This document shows, piece after piece, positions 38,594-46,907 of a DNA stretch of 64,000 nt. The stretch's first letter is position 1; each line of letters opens with the position of its first letter. The translations under genes and the position numbers were made by a program. Under the pieces are notes generated by a model. The model was not told the origin of the DNA. It saw only the letters and a program-made list of their open reading frames with translations, and searched no databases. Source of the stretch: an uncultured beta proteobacterium. Lineage in GTDB: Bacteria; Pseudomonadota; Gammaproteobacteria; Burkholderiales; Casimicrobiaceae. The stretch lies in NCBI GenBank assembly GCA_963749795.1, contig CAVVOR010000001.1:87957-151956 (forward strand), written 5' to 3'.

Positions 38594-40219
38594 ATGCCAT
38601 TTGCAACGGTTAGCATTATTGTGGACTCTCTCCGCTGGCGCCTTAACTGGCTTTCCGCGTCTTTGGTCGCGCTTTTGCTTCTGAGCGCGTGCGCGACCGT
38701 GCCCGGAAGCTACTACCCGAAGCAGGAATCGGTTGCATTGACGCATCCTGAGACGACACGCTTAGGTAAGCAGACGGAACAACAGTCACGCGCGCACCCG
38801 GCCCTCACCGGCTTCAGACTGGTCGCACAGGGCGTGGACGGATTTCTGCTGCGCGCCGAGTTGGCGCGCGCGGCTGAACGCACACTCGATCTGCAGTACT
38901 TCGCTATCCAAAACGATGAGACCGGCAAGCTGCTCATGGAGAACGTGCTGCGCGCAGCTGACCGCGGCGTCCACGTACGCATACTGATTGACGACACCGA
39001 TGACAACGCGCGCGATCGCCCCATAATGGCGCTGGCGGCGCATCCCAACGTCGAGATCCGCACCTTCAATCCGTTCTTCGCGCGTGGCACGTTCGATTTC
39101 ATGCGCTACGTCGAGGGCACCGTCGATTCCACTCGGCTCAACTACCGGATGCATAACAAGTTGTTCGTCGCCGACAACTCGGTGGCGATTCTTGGCGGAC
39201 GGAACATTGGCGACGAGTATTTTCAGGCAAGTAGCCAGACGGAGTTCGGCGACTTCGACGTCGTGGCCGTGGGCCCGCTGGTGCGCCCGATCTCGAAGAG
39301 CTTCGATAGCTTCTGGAACAGCGATCTCGCTATTCCGATCGAAGCGCTGACATTCGGCAAGCCCTCCGCCAAGACGCTCGACGGGTACCGCGAGACGCTC
39401 GCGCAAAACTCCTCGAAGATGTCCGGTTCGCCATATGTGCAACGACTGGACGCAGGCGATCCGCTGGCCCCGCTCCTCGCGGGCAAGGGACTGATTTGGG
39501 CTAAAGGCGAATTGCTGTACGACAGCCCGGAAAAAAGCAAGGTTCAGGACGGCGAGGAGGCCGGGACGCTCATGCGCCGCCCGCTCGTCGCGGCAATCAA
39601 GGATCTTCGGTCCGAGCTTCTCATCGTGTCGCCTTATCTCGTGCCGGGCGACGGCGGCATGAAGCTGCTCGCCGGATTGCGCGATCGCGGCGTGCATGTG
39701 CGAATCCTCACCAATTCACTTGCCTCGACGGACGAGCCCATTGTCCATTCCGCCTATCAAAAATATCGCGAGCCCTTGCTCAAGGACGGCATCGACTTGT
39801 ATGAGGTGCGGCCGGTCCTTGGCGACTCGAACGCGCGCGGCGGCGGCAGCCTGAATAGTCCCAGCGGCGGACAGTTCGCGCTCCACGCCAAAGTGTTCGT
39901 GCTCGATCGGCGCCGTGTGTTCATCGGATCGATGAACTTCGATCGGCGCTCGCTCAAGCTCAACACCGAGATCGGGGTGCTGGTGGATAGTCCCGAGCTT
40001 GCGCGCCAGGCAATCGCGCGCTTCGACGCGATCGCGCGGCCGGCAAATTGCTACATGCCGGAGCTTGCCTCCGCCGACGCAAGCGGACATCAGGGATTGA
40101 TCTGGCGCACCGAGGAAAACGGCAAGCTAGTCGCCCTGACGAGCGAACCGAGCGGCAATCTGATGAAGGGAATGAAATCCGACTTGCTTTCGTTGCTGCC
40201 GCTCGACGATTTTCTCTGA
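38594..40219 (+). CDS. phospholipase D / cardiolipin-synthase-family lipoprotein
   Basis: Lipobox LLLLSAC. Two HKD motifs: HNKLFVADNSVAILGGRNIGDEY and HAKVFVLDRRRVFIGSMNFDRRS. Confidence 0.85.
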   Translation: MPFATVSIIVDSLRWRLNWLSASLVALLLLSACATVPGSYYPKQESVALTHPETTRLGKQTEQQSRAHPALTGFRLVAQGVDGFLLRAELARAAERTLDLQYFAIQNDETGKLLMENVLRAADRGVHVRILIDDTDDNARDRPIMALAAHPNVEIRTFNPFFARGTFDFMRYVEGTVDSTRLNYRMHNKLFVADNSVAILGGRNIGDEYFQASSQTEFGDFDVVAVGPLVRPISKSFDSFWNSDLAIPIEALTFGKPSAKTLDGYRETLAQNSSKMSGSPYVQRLDAGDPLAPLLAGKGLIWAKGELLYDSPEKSKVQDGEEAGTLMRRPLVAAIKDLRSELLIVSPYLVPGDGGMKLLAGLRDRGVHVRILTNSLASTDEPIVHSAYQKYREPLLKDGIDLYEVRPVLGDSNARGGGSLNSPSGGQFALHAKVFVLDRRRVFIGSMNFDRRSLKLNTEIGVLVDSPELARQAIARFDAIARPANCYMPELASADASGHQGLIWRTEENGKLVALTSEPSGNLMKGMKSDLLSLLPLDDFL

Positions 40220-40407
40220 CGGAACTGCTTGGGCTGGTCCGCTGTCTCTGGAAATATCATTCTTGACCGCGATCGTAAGCGAGCCCTGGACGACCTTCGG
40301 GGCCGTTTTATTGTAACTAGACGCAACAGCACCGTTACATATAGCAGGATTGCTGCTATGTTGAAATTGTACGGGCATCCTTGCTCACAAATTCGTCAGG
40401 AGTCGCA

Positions 40408-41079
40408 ATGAAGAAGATTCGAGTCGTATCTGTTGGCTTCGTCGCGGGAGCGCTCGCGCTTGCGCCGATGTCGTCCGCGCTTGCAGGCGGCGCCCATTGG
40501 TCGCACGGTTCGTCGCACCATGGTGGGTATCACGGCGGCGGGTATCACGTTGCCTATGGTCATGCTGGCGGCGGTTATTGGTACGGTGGGGTGTGGTGGC
40601 CAGTCGCGGCCGCTGCGGCCGTCGTTGGGACCGCAGCCGCGCTGGTCGCGGCTCCGTTCGTCGCGATCGGCAACGCGGTCGCCTACTCGACCTACGTGCC
40701 ACCGTCGGCCCCAGCGCCTTACTACGCTCCGCAACAACAGTATTATGCCCCGCAGGGATACGCGCCGCAGGGGTACGCGCCGCAGGGATACGCGCCGCAG
40801 GGATACGCGCCGCAGGGATACGCGCCGCAGGGATACGCGCCGCAGGATGCGCCGCAGGGATACAGCGCGCCACAGCACGAATCATCGGTGGCACCTGACC
40901 ATTACGCGCAGCGAGCGCCGCAGCAGTACAGCAACAATGCGCGGCCTGCCCCGACGGATACGCCGCCGCAAGGTTACTACGAGCCGCCGGCCACATACGA
41001 CGCGCCGACATACGATCCGTCCGTCTATCGTCAGCGCGCCGCGGCACCGGTGTCGTACACCTATTACAACGCTCGCTGA
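40408..41079 (+). CDS. His/Gly/Tyr- and Pro/Gln/Tyr-rich repeat protein with signal peptide and one TM segment
   Basis: AGGAG RBS 5 nt before the ATG. MKKIRVVSVGFVAGALALAPMSSALA signal, hydrophobic WWPVAAAAAVVGTAAALVAAPFVAIG, then (YAPQG)n. Confidence 0.6.
   Translation: MKKIRVVSVGFVAGALALAPMSSALAGGAHWSHGSSHHGGYHGGGYHVAYGHAGGGYWYGGVWWPVAAAAAVVGTAAALVAAPFVAIGNAVAYSTYVPPSAPAPYYAPQQQYYAPQGYAPQGYAPQGYAPQGYAPQGYAPQGYAPQDAPQGYSAPQHESSVAPDHYAQRAPQQYSNNARPAPTDTPPQGYYEPPATYDAPTYDPSVYRQRAAAPVSYTYYNAR
40749..40860 (+). repeat. 15-nt tandem repeat, 6 full units plus degenerate units (PQGYA)n
   Basis: CCGCAGGGATACGCG repeated head-to-tail from 40749. One unit has GGG for GGA. In frame within CDS 40408..41079. 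Confidence 0.9.
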
Positions 41080-41156
41080 GCCGCGCGGCTCGTTTCGTTC
41101 CGCGGGCCAGGAGAGTGAAAGGGGGGAAGTAAGTCGAATCGCCCGCGGCCCGCCGT

Positions 41157-42356
41157 CTAAAACACCATGCCGAACAGCCGCTTCGCGATCTCCTCGATTG
41201 GCATCATCGTCAGCGCGAGCGGCGCCATCGGCACCAGCACAGCGGCTCCGAGCTGGATCAGGGCGTCCCTGGTCACCAGTGCGATCCGCATGCCTCGCAC
41301 TACCTCGAAGCTGTTGTTCAGATCGGCGAGCGACTGGATGTCGGCGCTGCCGACGAGTGGCTCGCTGGCAGCCGCGCCGCCACGCAGCCATTTGACATCG
41401 AACTCACGCACGTAGCGCTCGGCCAGCGTGCCGTACTCGCGAAGACCGTTCCGCTTCGCGCTGGCAAGCTGCGGCGCGAATACGAGCAGCGGAGCGAAGA
41501 CCACGCACAATAGAAAGGCAACCATTACCGCGATCTCGATCTTGTATTCGACGAGCGAGGCGTTGAGGAAAAAGATGCGGCTGGCCAGCTGCGCGGCGAG
41601 CATGGCGCCGTGCGCGACGAGGAGCACCGCGAACGCGTAGACCGTGGCCGACAGGAATCCCAGACCGCCGAAGCGATCCGGATGCGTCGGAACGATCAAG
41701 AGCTCGATGCGCGAGACCTGCCAGAGGAACCGCGCCCAGATGAACAAGCGGAAATACCAGCGGACAAGAAGGAACTGGAAGAGCGGCAGGCTCACGTAGC
41801 CGTACCACATACCAGCGAGCGACAGCTTGGAGCCGGAAGCCGATGGTGTGGCGTACCAAGTCGCCGTATCGAGCGCAGTGTAGTGGCGCCAGACGATCAG
41901 CACACCGATGGCATACACCGCCGCGATCAGCAGCACTTCGGCCAACACCGAGTTACGCAATCCGTAGGCTGACCGCAACGCGGCGTCGAACCGCGCGAGC
42001 GCAGGCTCGGGAATCAAGTTGCGCTCGAGGAATCCGAGTCCGACGGGGCGCAGACGCTGGTGTACGACGAGCTCGGCGACGACAAGCAACGGCACCACCA
42101 CCAGGAATCGGATGTGAACTTCCAAATCGAAAAAGAACGGCACTGCTGTGCTGCCAGGCCATAGGTGCCCTTCCAGCGCGGAGAGAATGAGAAGTGGTAA
42201 CCAGGTCAATAGCGCGATGACGACTACACGCTGGCGCACCATCTGCAGCGCATCATCGGACAGGTGCGCCCGGCGCAGCAGTTGGTAGAGCGGGCCACCC
42301 AGGACGAGCGAAAAGTTCTCCGCGTCGCGGGCGACGTGGTCGTCCCGCACATTCAT
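41157..42356 (-). CDS. polytopic membrane protein of unknown function, translationally coupled to tupA
   Basis: Start MNVRDDH.. at 42356 overlaps the tupA stop in an ATGA motif. Multiple hydrophobic spans; no motif I recognise. Confidence 0.6.
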   Translation of the reverse strand: MNVRDDHVARDAENFSLVLGGPLYQLLRRAHLSDDALQMVRQRVVVIALLTWLPLLILSALEGHLWPGSTAVPFFFDLEVHIRFLVVVPLLVVAELVVHQRLRPVGLGFLERNLIPEPALARFDAALRSAYGLRNSVLAEVLLIAAVYAIGVLIVWRHYTALDTATWYATPSASGSKLSLAGMWYGYVSLPLFQFLLVRWYFRLFIWARFLWQVSRIELLIVPTHPDRFGGLGFLSATVYAFAVLLVAHGAMLAAQLASRIFFLNASLVEYKIEIAVMVAFLLCVVFAPLLVFAPQLASAKRNGLREYGTLAERYVREFDVKWLRGGAAASEPLVGSADIQSLADLNNSFEVVRGMRIALVTRDALIQLGAAVLVPMAPLALTMMPIEEIAKRLFGMVF

Positions 42357-43180
42357 ACGCCGGGCCGGTCGGCGTCGGGGTAAAAAAGCTGCTCGCCACC
42401 GATCTTGTAACCGGCGATCACCTTCTGTCCCTCCGGCGAAACCAACCAATCGATGAATGTTTGTCCGAGTTCCTTCTTCACCGTCGGATGTTTTTCCGGG
42501 TTGACCAGCATCACGCCATACTGATTGAAGAGGCGTTTGTCACCTTCGACCAGAATGGTGAGTTCGCCGCGGTTCTTGAACGCGAGCCAGGTGCCGCGAT
42601 CGGCGAGGAGATAGGCATTCATCGACGATGCGGTGTTCAGCGCCGGTCCCATGCCCTGGCCCGTGTCCCGATACCACGGCCCTTTGCTCTTGTCGAGGTC
42701 AATACCCGCGTCCTGCCATAGCGCGAGCTCCGCCATATGCGTGCCGCTCCTGTCACCCCGCGAAACAAACGGCGCCTGGGCGGTGCGAATTTTCTTCAAT
42801 GCTTCGAGGATATCTTTGCCGCCGGCGATGCCGGCAGGATCGCTCTTCGGCCCGATCAGCACGAAGTCGTTGTACATCACCGGATAGCGCTTCACGCCCT
42901 CGCCTTCAGCCAGAAATTTTTCTTCAGCGGCCTTCGCGTGCACAAACACGACGTCGGCATCGCCACGCCGCGCGAGGTCGAGAGCCTGGCCTGTTCCCAG
43001 CGCGACAACTCGGACCTGGATTCCGCTCTTCTCCTGGAAGATCGGTAGCAGGTAACCAAACAAGCCCGACTGTTCGGTCGACGTCGTCGACGCGACCGTG
43101 ATAAACCGTTCCTGCGCGTTGACGGCGAGGGCGCACAACATGAGGATCAGTGCAACGAAGCTACGACGGCTGATTACCAC
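42353..43180 (-). CDS. tupA: tungstate (TupA-type) ABC transporter substrate-binding protein
   Basis: Signal peptide, then ITVASTTSTEQSGLFGYLLPIF. The TTS(T)xxSGL motif is what I associate with TupA. Confidence 0.75.
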   Translation of the reverse strand: MVISRRSFVALILMLCALAVNAQERFITVASTTSTEQSGLFGYLLPIFQEKSGIQVRVVALGTGQALDLARRGDADVVFVHAKAAEEKFLAEGEGVKRYPVMYNDFVLIGPKSDPAGIAGGKDILEALKKIRTAQAPFVSRGDRSGTHMAELALWQDAGIDLDKSKGPWYRDTGQGMGPALNTASSMNAYLLADRGTWLAFKNRGELTILVEGDKRLFNQYGVMLVNPEKHPTVKKELGQTFIDWLVSPEGQKVIAGYKIGGEQLFYPDADRPGV

Positions 43181-43917
43181 GGCAATTCTCCTTCCAGAAA
43201 TGTAGCTGCTTCGGACGAGCTAGGATGCCTCAAGAAGTGGTCGGCCGGCGCCCGTTCCACGAGTCGGCCTTGGTGCAGGAACAGTATTTCGTCCCCCAGG
43301 CGATGGGCCTGCCCCAGATTGTGAGTTACCAGCACGATCTTTGTTCCGGCGGCGTGCAAAGCGGCAATCACATTCTCGACCTCGTGCGTGGCGCCGGGAT
43401 CGAGGCTCGCAGTAGGTTCGTCGAGGAAGAGGACTTCCGGTCGCAATGCCCACACCCGCGCCAGTGCAAGCCGTTGCTGTTCGCCGCCCGAAAGAATGCG
43501 TGCCGAGTGACTGGCGAACGCCTCCAGGCCAACTCTGCGCAGTGCTTCCATCGCACGATCCCTTCGTTGTGCAAGGGAAACTCCCGCCAGTTGCAATGCG
43601 AAGCTTACATTGCCGAGCGCAGAACGGCGGAGCATGACAGGGCGCTGGAACACCATCGCTTGGCGACGCGGGCCGCCTGGCATCTCTGGCGCATTCCACG
43701 CAATGCTGCCACTGGTTGGCTTGAGCAACCCGTGGCAGAGCCGCAAGAGCACGCTCTTACCCGCCCCATTCGCCCCGAGAATGACGGTGCGCAACCCGGC
43801 GTCGAGCCTCATCGAGATGCCATCGATGATTCGCCGCGGCCCGACAGAGAACACGACGTCGGTGAGGCATAGAGGCAACAGCGAGAGCGGGGCACGCATT
43901 TCCACGCCGAGCGTCAT
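43174..43917 (-). CDS. tupC: ABC transporter ATP-binding protein
   Basis: Walker A GANGAGKS, signature LSGGEQQR, Walker B LFLDEP. ATGA overlap with the tupB stop at 43914-43917. The long N-terminal extension in the ORF track is rejected. Confidence 0.8.
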   Translation of the reverse strand: MTLGVEMRAPLSLLPLCLTDVVFSVGPRRIIDGISMRLDAGLRTVILGANGAGKSVLLRLCHGLLKPTSGSIAWNAPEMPGGPRRQAMVFQRPVMLRRSALGNVSFALQLAGVSLAQRRDRAMEALRRVGLEAFASHSARILSGGEQQRLALARVWALRPEVLFLDEPTASLDPGATHEVENVIAALHAAGTKIVLVTHNLGQAHRLGDEILFLHQGRLVERAPADHFLRHPSSSEAATFLEGELPW

Positions 43918-44619
43918 CCATACCGCCGCTGCGCCATTTCCTTGACGATCTGGGCGCCGGCATTGATGGTGAGAACAAGGATCAGCAGGATGAACCCCAG
44001 CCCGAGGGCCAGGGGCAAGTCTCCCTTGCTTGTCTCCAGGGCAATGGTTGTGGTCATCACTCGCGTTACACCGTCGATGTTGCCGCCGACGATGATGACT
44101 GCGCCGACTTCCGATGACGCACGACCGAAACCAGCCATCACGATCGTTACAAGGGTAAAGCGCAGGTCCCAAAGAAGCGTCGCGGCAGCGCCAAGCTTGG
44201 TTTCACCGAGCGAGCGCAGTTGCTCGCGGTATTCCAGCCATGCATCAGCGACCACCTGCATCGACAATGCGGCCATCAGCGGCGCAATGAGGATCGTCTG
44301 TGCGACCACCATCGCCGTCGGCGTGAACAGGATTCCGAACGTGCCGAGCGGGCCAGCGCGTGAAAACATCAGGTAGACAAACAGGCCGACGACGACCGGC
44401 GGCAGCCCCATCAGTCCATTGAGTAAAACGACGACCAGTCGCTTGCCGGGAAACTCGTTTACCGCGATGGCGGCGCCGAGCGGCAGACCGAGGATGCAAG
44501 CCATCGTGACCGAGGCTAAGCTGATCTCGATGACTCAGCAGTGCGATTCGGACGACGTTCGGATCGGCGGCGACGATAAGCCTGAATGCTTGCGCGGCGG
44601 CTTCGGCAATGCTGTTCAA
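43914..44619 (-). pseudogene. tupB: ABC transporter permease (TupB-like), one extra base
   Basis: N-terminus (LNSIAEAAAQAFRLIVAADPNVVRIALLS) is in ORF 44245..44619. The rest (..IEISLASVTMACILGLPLGAAIAVNEF..) is in ORF 43914..44504. Break near 44533. Length is 1 mod 3. TTG start. Confidence 0.7.
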
Positions 44620-44892
44620 GGAGTCGCTCTCTACTCAAAGAGTCCCGTACATACAACATATGAAAACGCGCGCATATTTCGGGCTCGCGCAGCATCGCCC
44701 GACGGATTCCGCCAGTGCGCAGCCGATGTCCGCAAGGATTGTAAGTGAGATCGCGAAGATTACAAGGCGGACACGGGAAGGCGACGCCGACCGGGCTCCT
44801 ACACGAGAATCGGCAACAGTCTGATGTTACGCACGCGACAACCAGAGCAGCATTCGAGTCGCCGCGCTATGCGGTAGCCATCGGAGTCATCC

Positions 44893-44997
44893 ATGAAAGC
44901 AAAAGCAGGCAACACAAAAGGCGCTGCGCAGACGAAGAATGAACAGAAGAACGACAAGAAAGCTCCCGGCGGGGCTGGAAAAACCAAGAAACGCTAG
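44893..44997 (+). CDS. possible 34-aa lysine-rich small protein
   Basis: MKAKAGNTKGAAQTKNEQKNDKKAPGGAGKTKKR. GGAG 6 nt upstream of the ATG. Below the ORF-track length cutoff; no homology evidence. Confidence 0.3.
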   Translation: MKAKAGNTKGAAQTKNEQKNDKKAPGGAGKTKKR

Positions 44998-45022
44998 TCT
45001 GGCGATAGCCTCGCGCGGTCCG

Positions 45023-45712
45023 TTACAGGCCGCGCGATCCGAGAACCCCAGCTGCTTGCGCCCGACGGTTTATTCTGAGTTTTTGAAACGCGTTGCTTAA
45101 ATAATTCTTGACGGTTTTGTCGCTTAACCCGAGGGCCTTCGCGATTTCCTTGTTCGTCTTGCCGTCGACGACCAAGGCGAGGACACGCCGCTCTTGGCTC
45201 GACAGGGTGTCTGCCGGTTGAGGTTTGGCCAGAACGACTTCTCGCGCCAGCGCCGTCATCCGCTGCAGCACGGGCTGGGTGACTTTCGCGTCGAGAATGG
45301 ACTCGCCTCGGTTGACGCTCTCGATGCCCGCAACCAAAGCCGTAGCGCCGATCTCCTTGAGCAAATATCCCGACGCTCCTGCCGCAACGGTTGAGAATAC
45401 CGCCTCGTCGTCCGAATGTGATGTCAGGAACAGCACTTTCACCCTCGGATTCGCCGACAGGATTTCCCGACAAGCCTCGATTCCCGTCCCGTCCGGGAGA
45501 CGCAAGTCCATCAATATGACGTCAGGATTCAGTTTGCCTGCGACGCTTATGGCTTGCGTCACCGTTGCCGCCTCGCCGATGACGGAAATGGAATCCGACT
45601 GACTGAACAGCGTTTTCAGGCCCAGCCTGACCACTTCGTGATCATCGACAAGCATCAACCGAATCTTAGATCGTGCCAAGTGCCCCTCCGCTATCGCCGA
45701 TGCTGAGGTCAA
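45023..45712 (-). CDS. NarL/LuxR-family response regulator
   Basis: Receiver (LMLVDDHEVVRLGL.., DLRLPDGTG) plus LuxR HTH (EIAKALGLSDKTVKNYLSNAFQKL). The true start may be downstream of 45712 (TTG 45679 or ATG 45655). Confidence 0.85.
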   Translation of the reverse strand: MTSASAIAEGHLARSKIRLMLVDDHEVVRLGLKTLFSQSDSISVIGEAATVTQAISVAGKLNPDVILMDLRLPDGTGIEACREILSANPRVKVLFLTSHSDDEAVFSTVAAGASGYLLKEIGATALVAGIESVNRGESILDAKVTQPVLQRMTALAREVVLAKPQPADTLSSQERRVLALVVDGKTNKEIAKALGLSDKTVKNYLSNAFQKLRINRRAQAAGVLGSRGL

Positions 45713-46580
45713 CCACTACTTTCGTGCCTTTGCCCGGGCGAGAGTGAACGTGAGCCTTGCCGCCCATTTTTCGTGCGCGGGCATCGATGTGATGGAGTCC
45801 CAATCCCGTACCGGAAACGGCGCCTGGGTCGAATCCGATGCCATCGTCTCTGATTTCCAGACGAACGCCGGCTTTGACAAGCCGAAGGCTTACCCGTCCG
45901 CGCTGCGCTTTCGCGTGACGGACAGCATTGCTGATGCTTTCGCGGGAGATTTGCAGCATATGGAGCGCCTGGTCCGCGGATAATGATCGCATCGCGTCGT
46001 CTTCTATACTGACTGCGACGTCAAGTCCGTGGTTCTTTGCGGCGTTCGCCACTCGTTCAATTTCGGTCCGCAGAGTTTCGCGCGACTCGATGCCTGGTGT
46101 TCGGCCGTTGATAAAAGCCCTTAACTCGTGAATGACCAGGTTTAAAGTTGCAGAGGACTCCGCGATCACCTGACTGACTTTCTTTGGGTTGGTTTCGACC
46201 AAGCGCAAAGAAGTTTCCAAATTGAGACCGACGGCGTAGATGGACTGGATACACCCGTCGTGCATGTCCTGAAAGAGGCGCTCGCGCTCCTCCATAAGCG
46301 CATGCGCGCGTTGCTCTGAACGGGCTATCTCTGCGCTACTCAATTGCAGCGCAGTTTCCGTGCGTTCAATTTCGTCGAATGTCTTGAGTGCGTACAACGA
46401 GTGGGCCTTGTCCGATTCGATCACCAGGGCATCGACTTGGCCGGCACGTATCGCAGCAAGCGTTTCTTCGGCCTCATCCCGCGATGCATCGGATCCGCGA
46501 AGGGCCGACGTGGACGCCTTCGCTGGTTGAGGAGGGCGCCCCCGCATTCCCGCGCGTGGTTTGTGCTGTGTTGGCTTCAT
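45666..46580 (-). CDS. soluble histidine kinase (HisKA_3 + HATPase_c)
   Basis: H-box [18 protein letters not shown]. ATPase G-boxes DDGIGF and GLGLHHI. No TM segment. ATGA overlap with the kaiB stop. Confidence 0.85.
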   Translation of the reverse strand: MKPTQHKPRAGMRGRPPQPAKASTSALRGSDASRDEAEETLAAIRAGQVDALVIESDKAHSLYALKTFDEIERTETALQLSSAEIARSEQRAHALMEERERLFQDMHDGCIQSIYAVGLNLETSLRLVETNPKKVSQVIAESSATLNLVIHELRAFINGRTPGIESRETLRTEIERVANAAKNHGLDVAVSIEDDAMRSLSADQALHMLQISRESISNAVRHAKAQRGRVSLRLVKAGVRLEIRDDGIGFDPGAVSGTGLGLHHIDARARKMGGKAHVHSRPGKGTKVVVDLSIGDSGGALGTI

Positions 46581-46907
46581 CGATCGGGTTTGAGATCAAG
46601 ACCGACCAGGACCCTCTCCGTGTCGGACAGATCGCCAATGATCTTCCGCATCGGCGAAGGAAGCTGCCGGACGACAGTAGGCAACGCCAATATCTGATGT
46701 TCTTTTGCCAGCTTTGGGTTCTTGATCAAATCGATGACCTCAATTCGATAGCCCGCTCCCGTGGCGAGGTGCTCCTCGCAGATCCGCTTGAGGTTGACGA
46801 GCGCCGCCCGCGACCTTACTGTCTCGCCCGCGATGTAGAGAAACAGGACGTGCGCGGCGGCTTTGCGAGGTTTGCGTCGGCGGCACTTGGGCCGCGGTGC
46901 GCGTCAT
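46577..46907 (-). CDS. kaiB: KaiB-family protein, start/frame unresolved
   Basis: Not in the ORF track. My translation of 46577..46864: [95 protein letters not shown]. The only nearby ATG (46905-46907) is one frame off. Length is 1 mod 3. Confidence 0.75.

Noticed and set aside
40749-40860. Tandem 15-nt repeats as a CRISPR-like array
   Set aside because: There are no spacers, the unit is too short, and the array is in frame within a coding sequence (PQGYA repeats).
44620-44800. Possible Moco/tungsten-cofactor riboswitch in the tupB leader (contains ..GGAGCCCGGTCGGCGTCGCCTTCCCG.., reminiscent of the CGCCUCCC element)
   Set aside because: I could not reconstruct the conserved stems. The element is ~150 nt from the start codon rather than overlapping the RBS, and the match has an extra base. 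It needs cmsearch with RF01055 before any claim.
46740-46904. The last ~55 codons of the kaiC ORF as a genuine C-terminal extension
   Set aside because: This stretch overlaps a well-conserved KaiB reading frame and is itself Arg/Pro/Ser-rich with no KaiC similarity.
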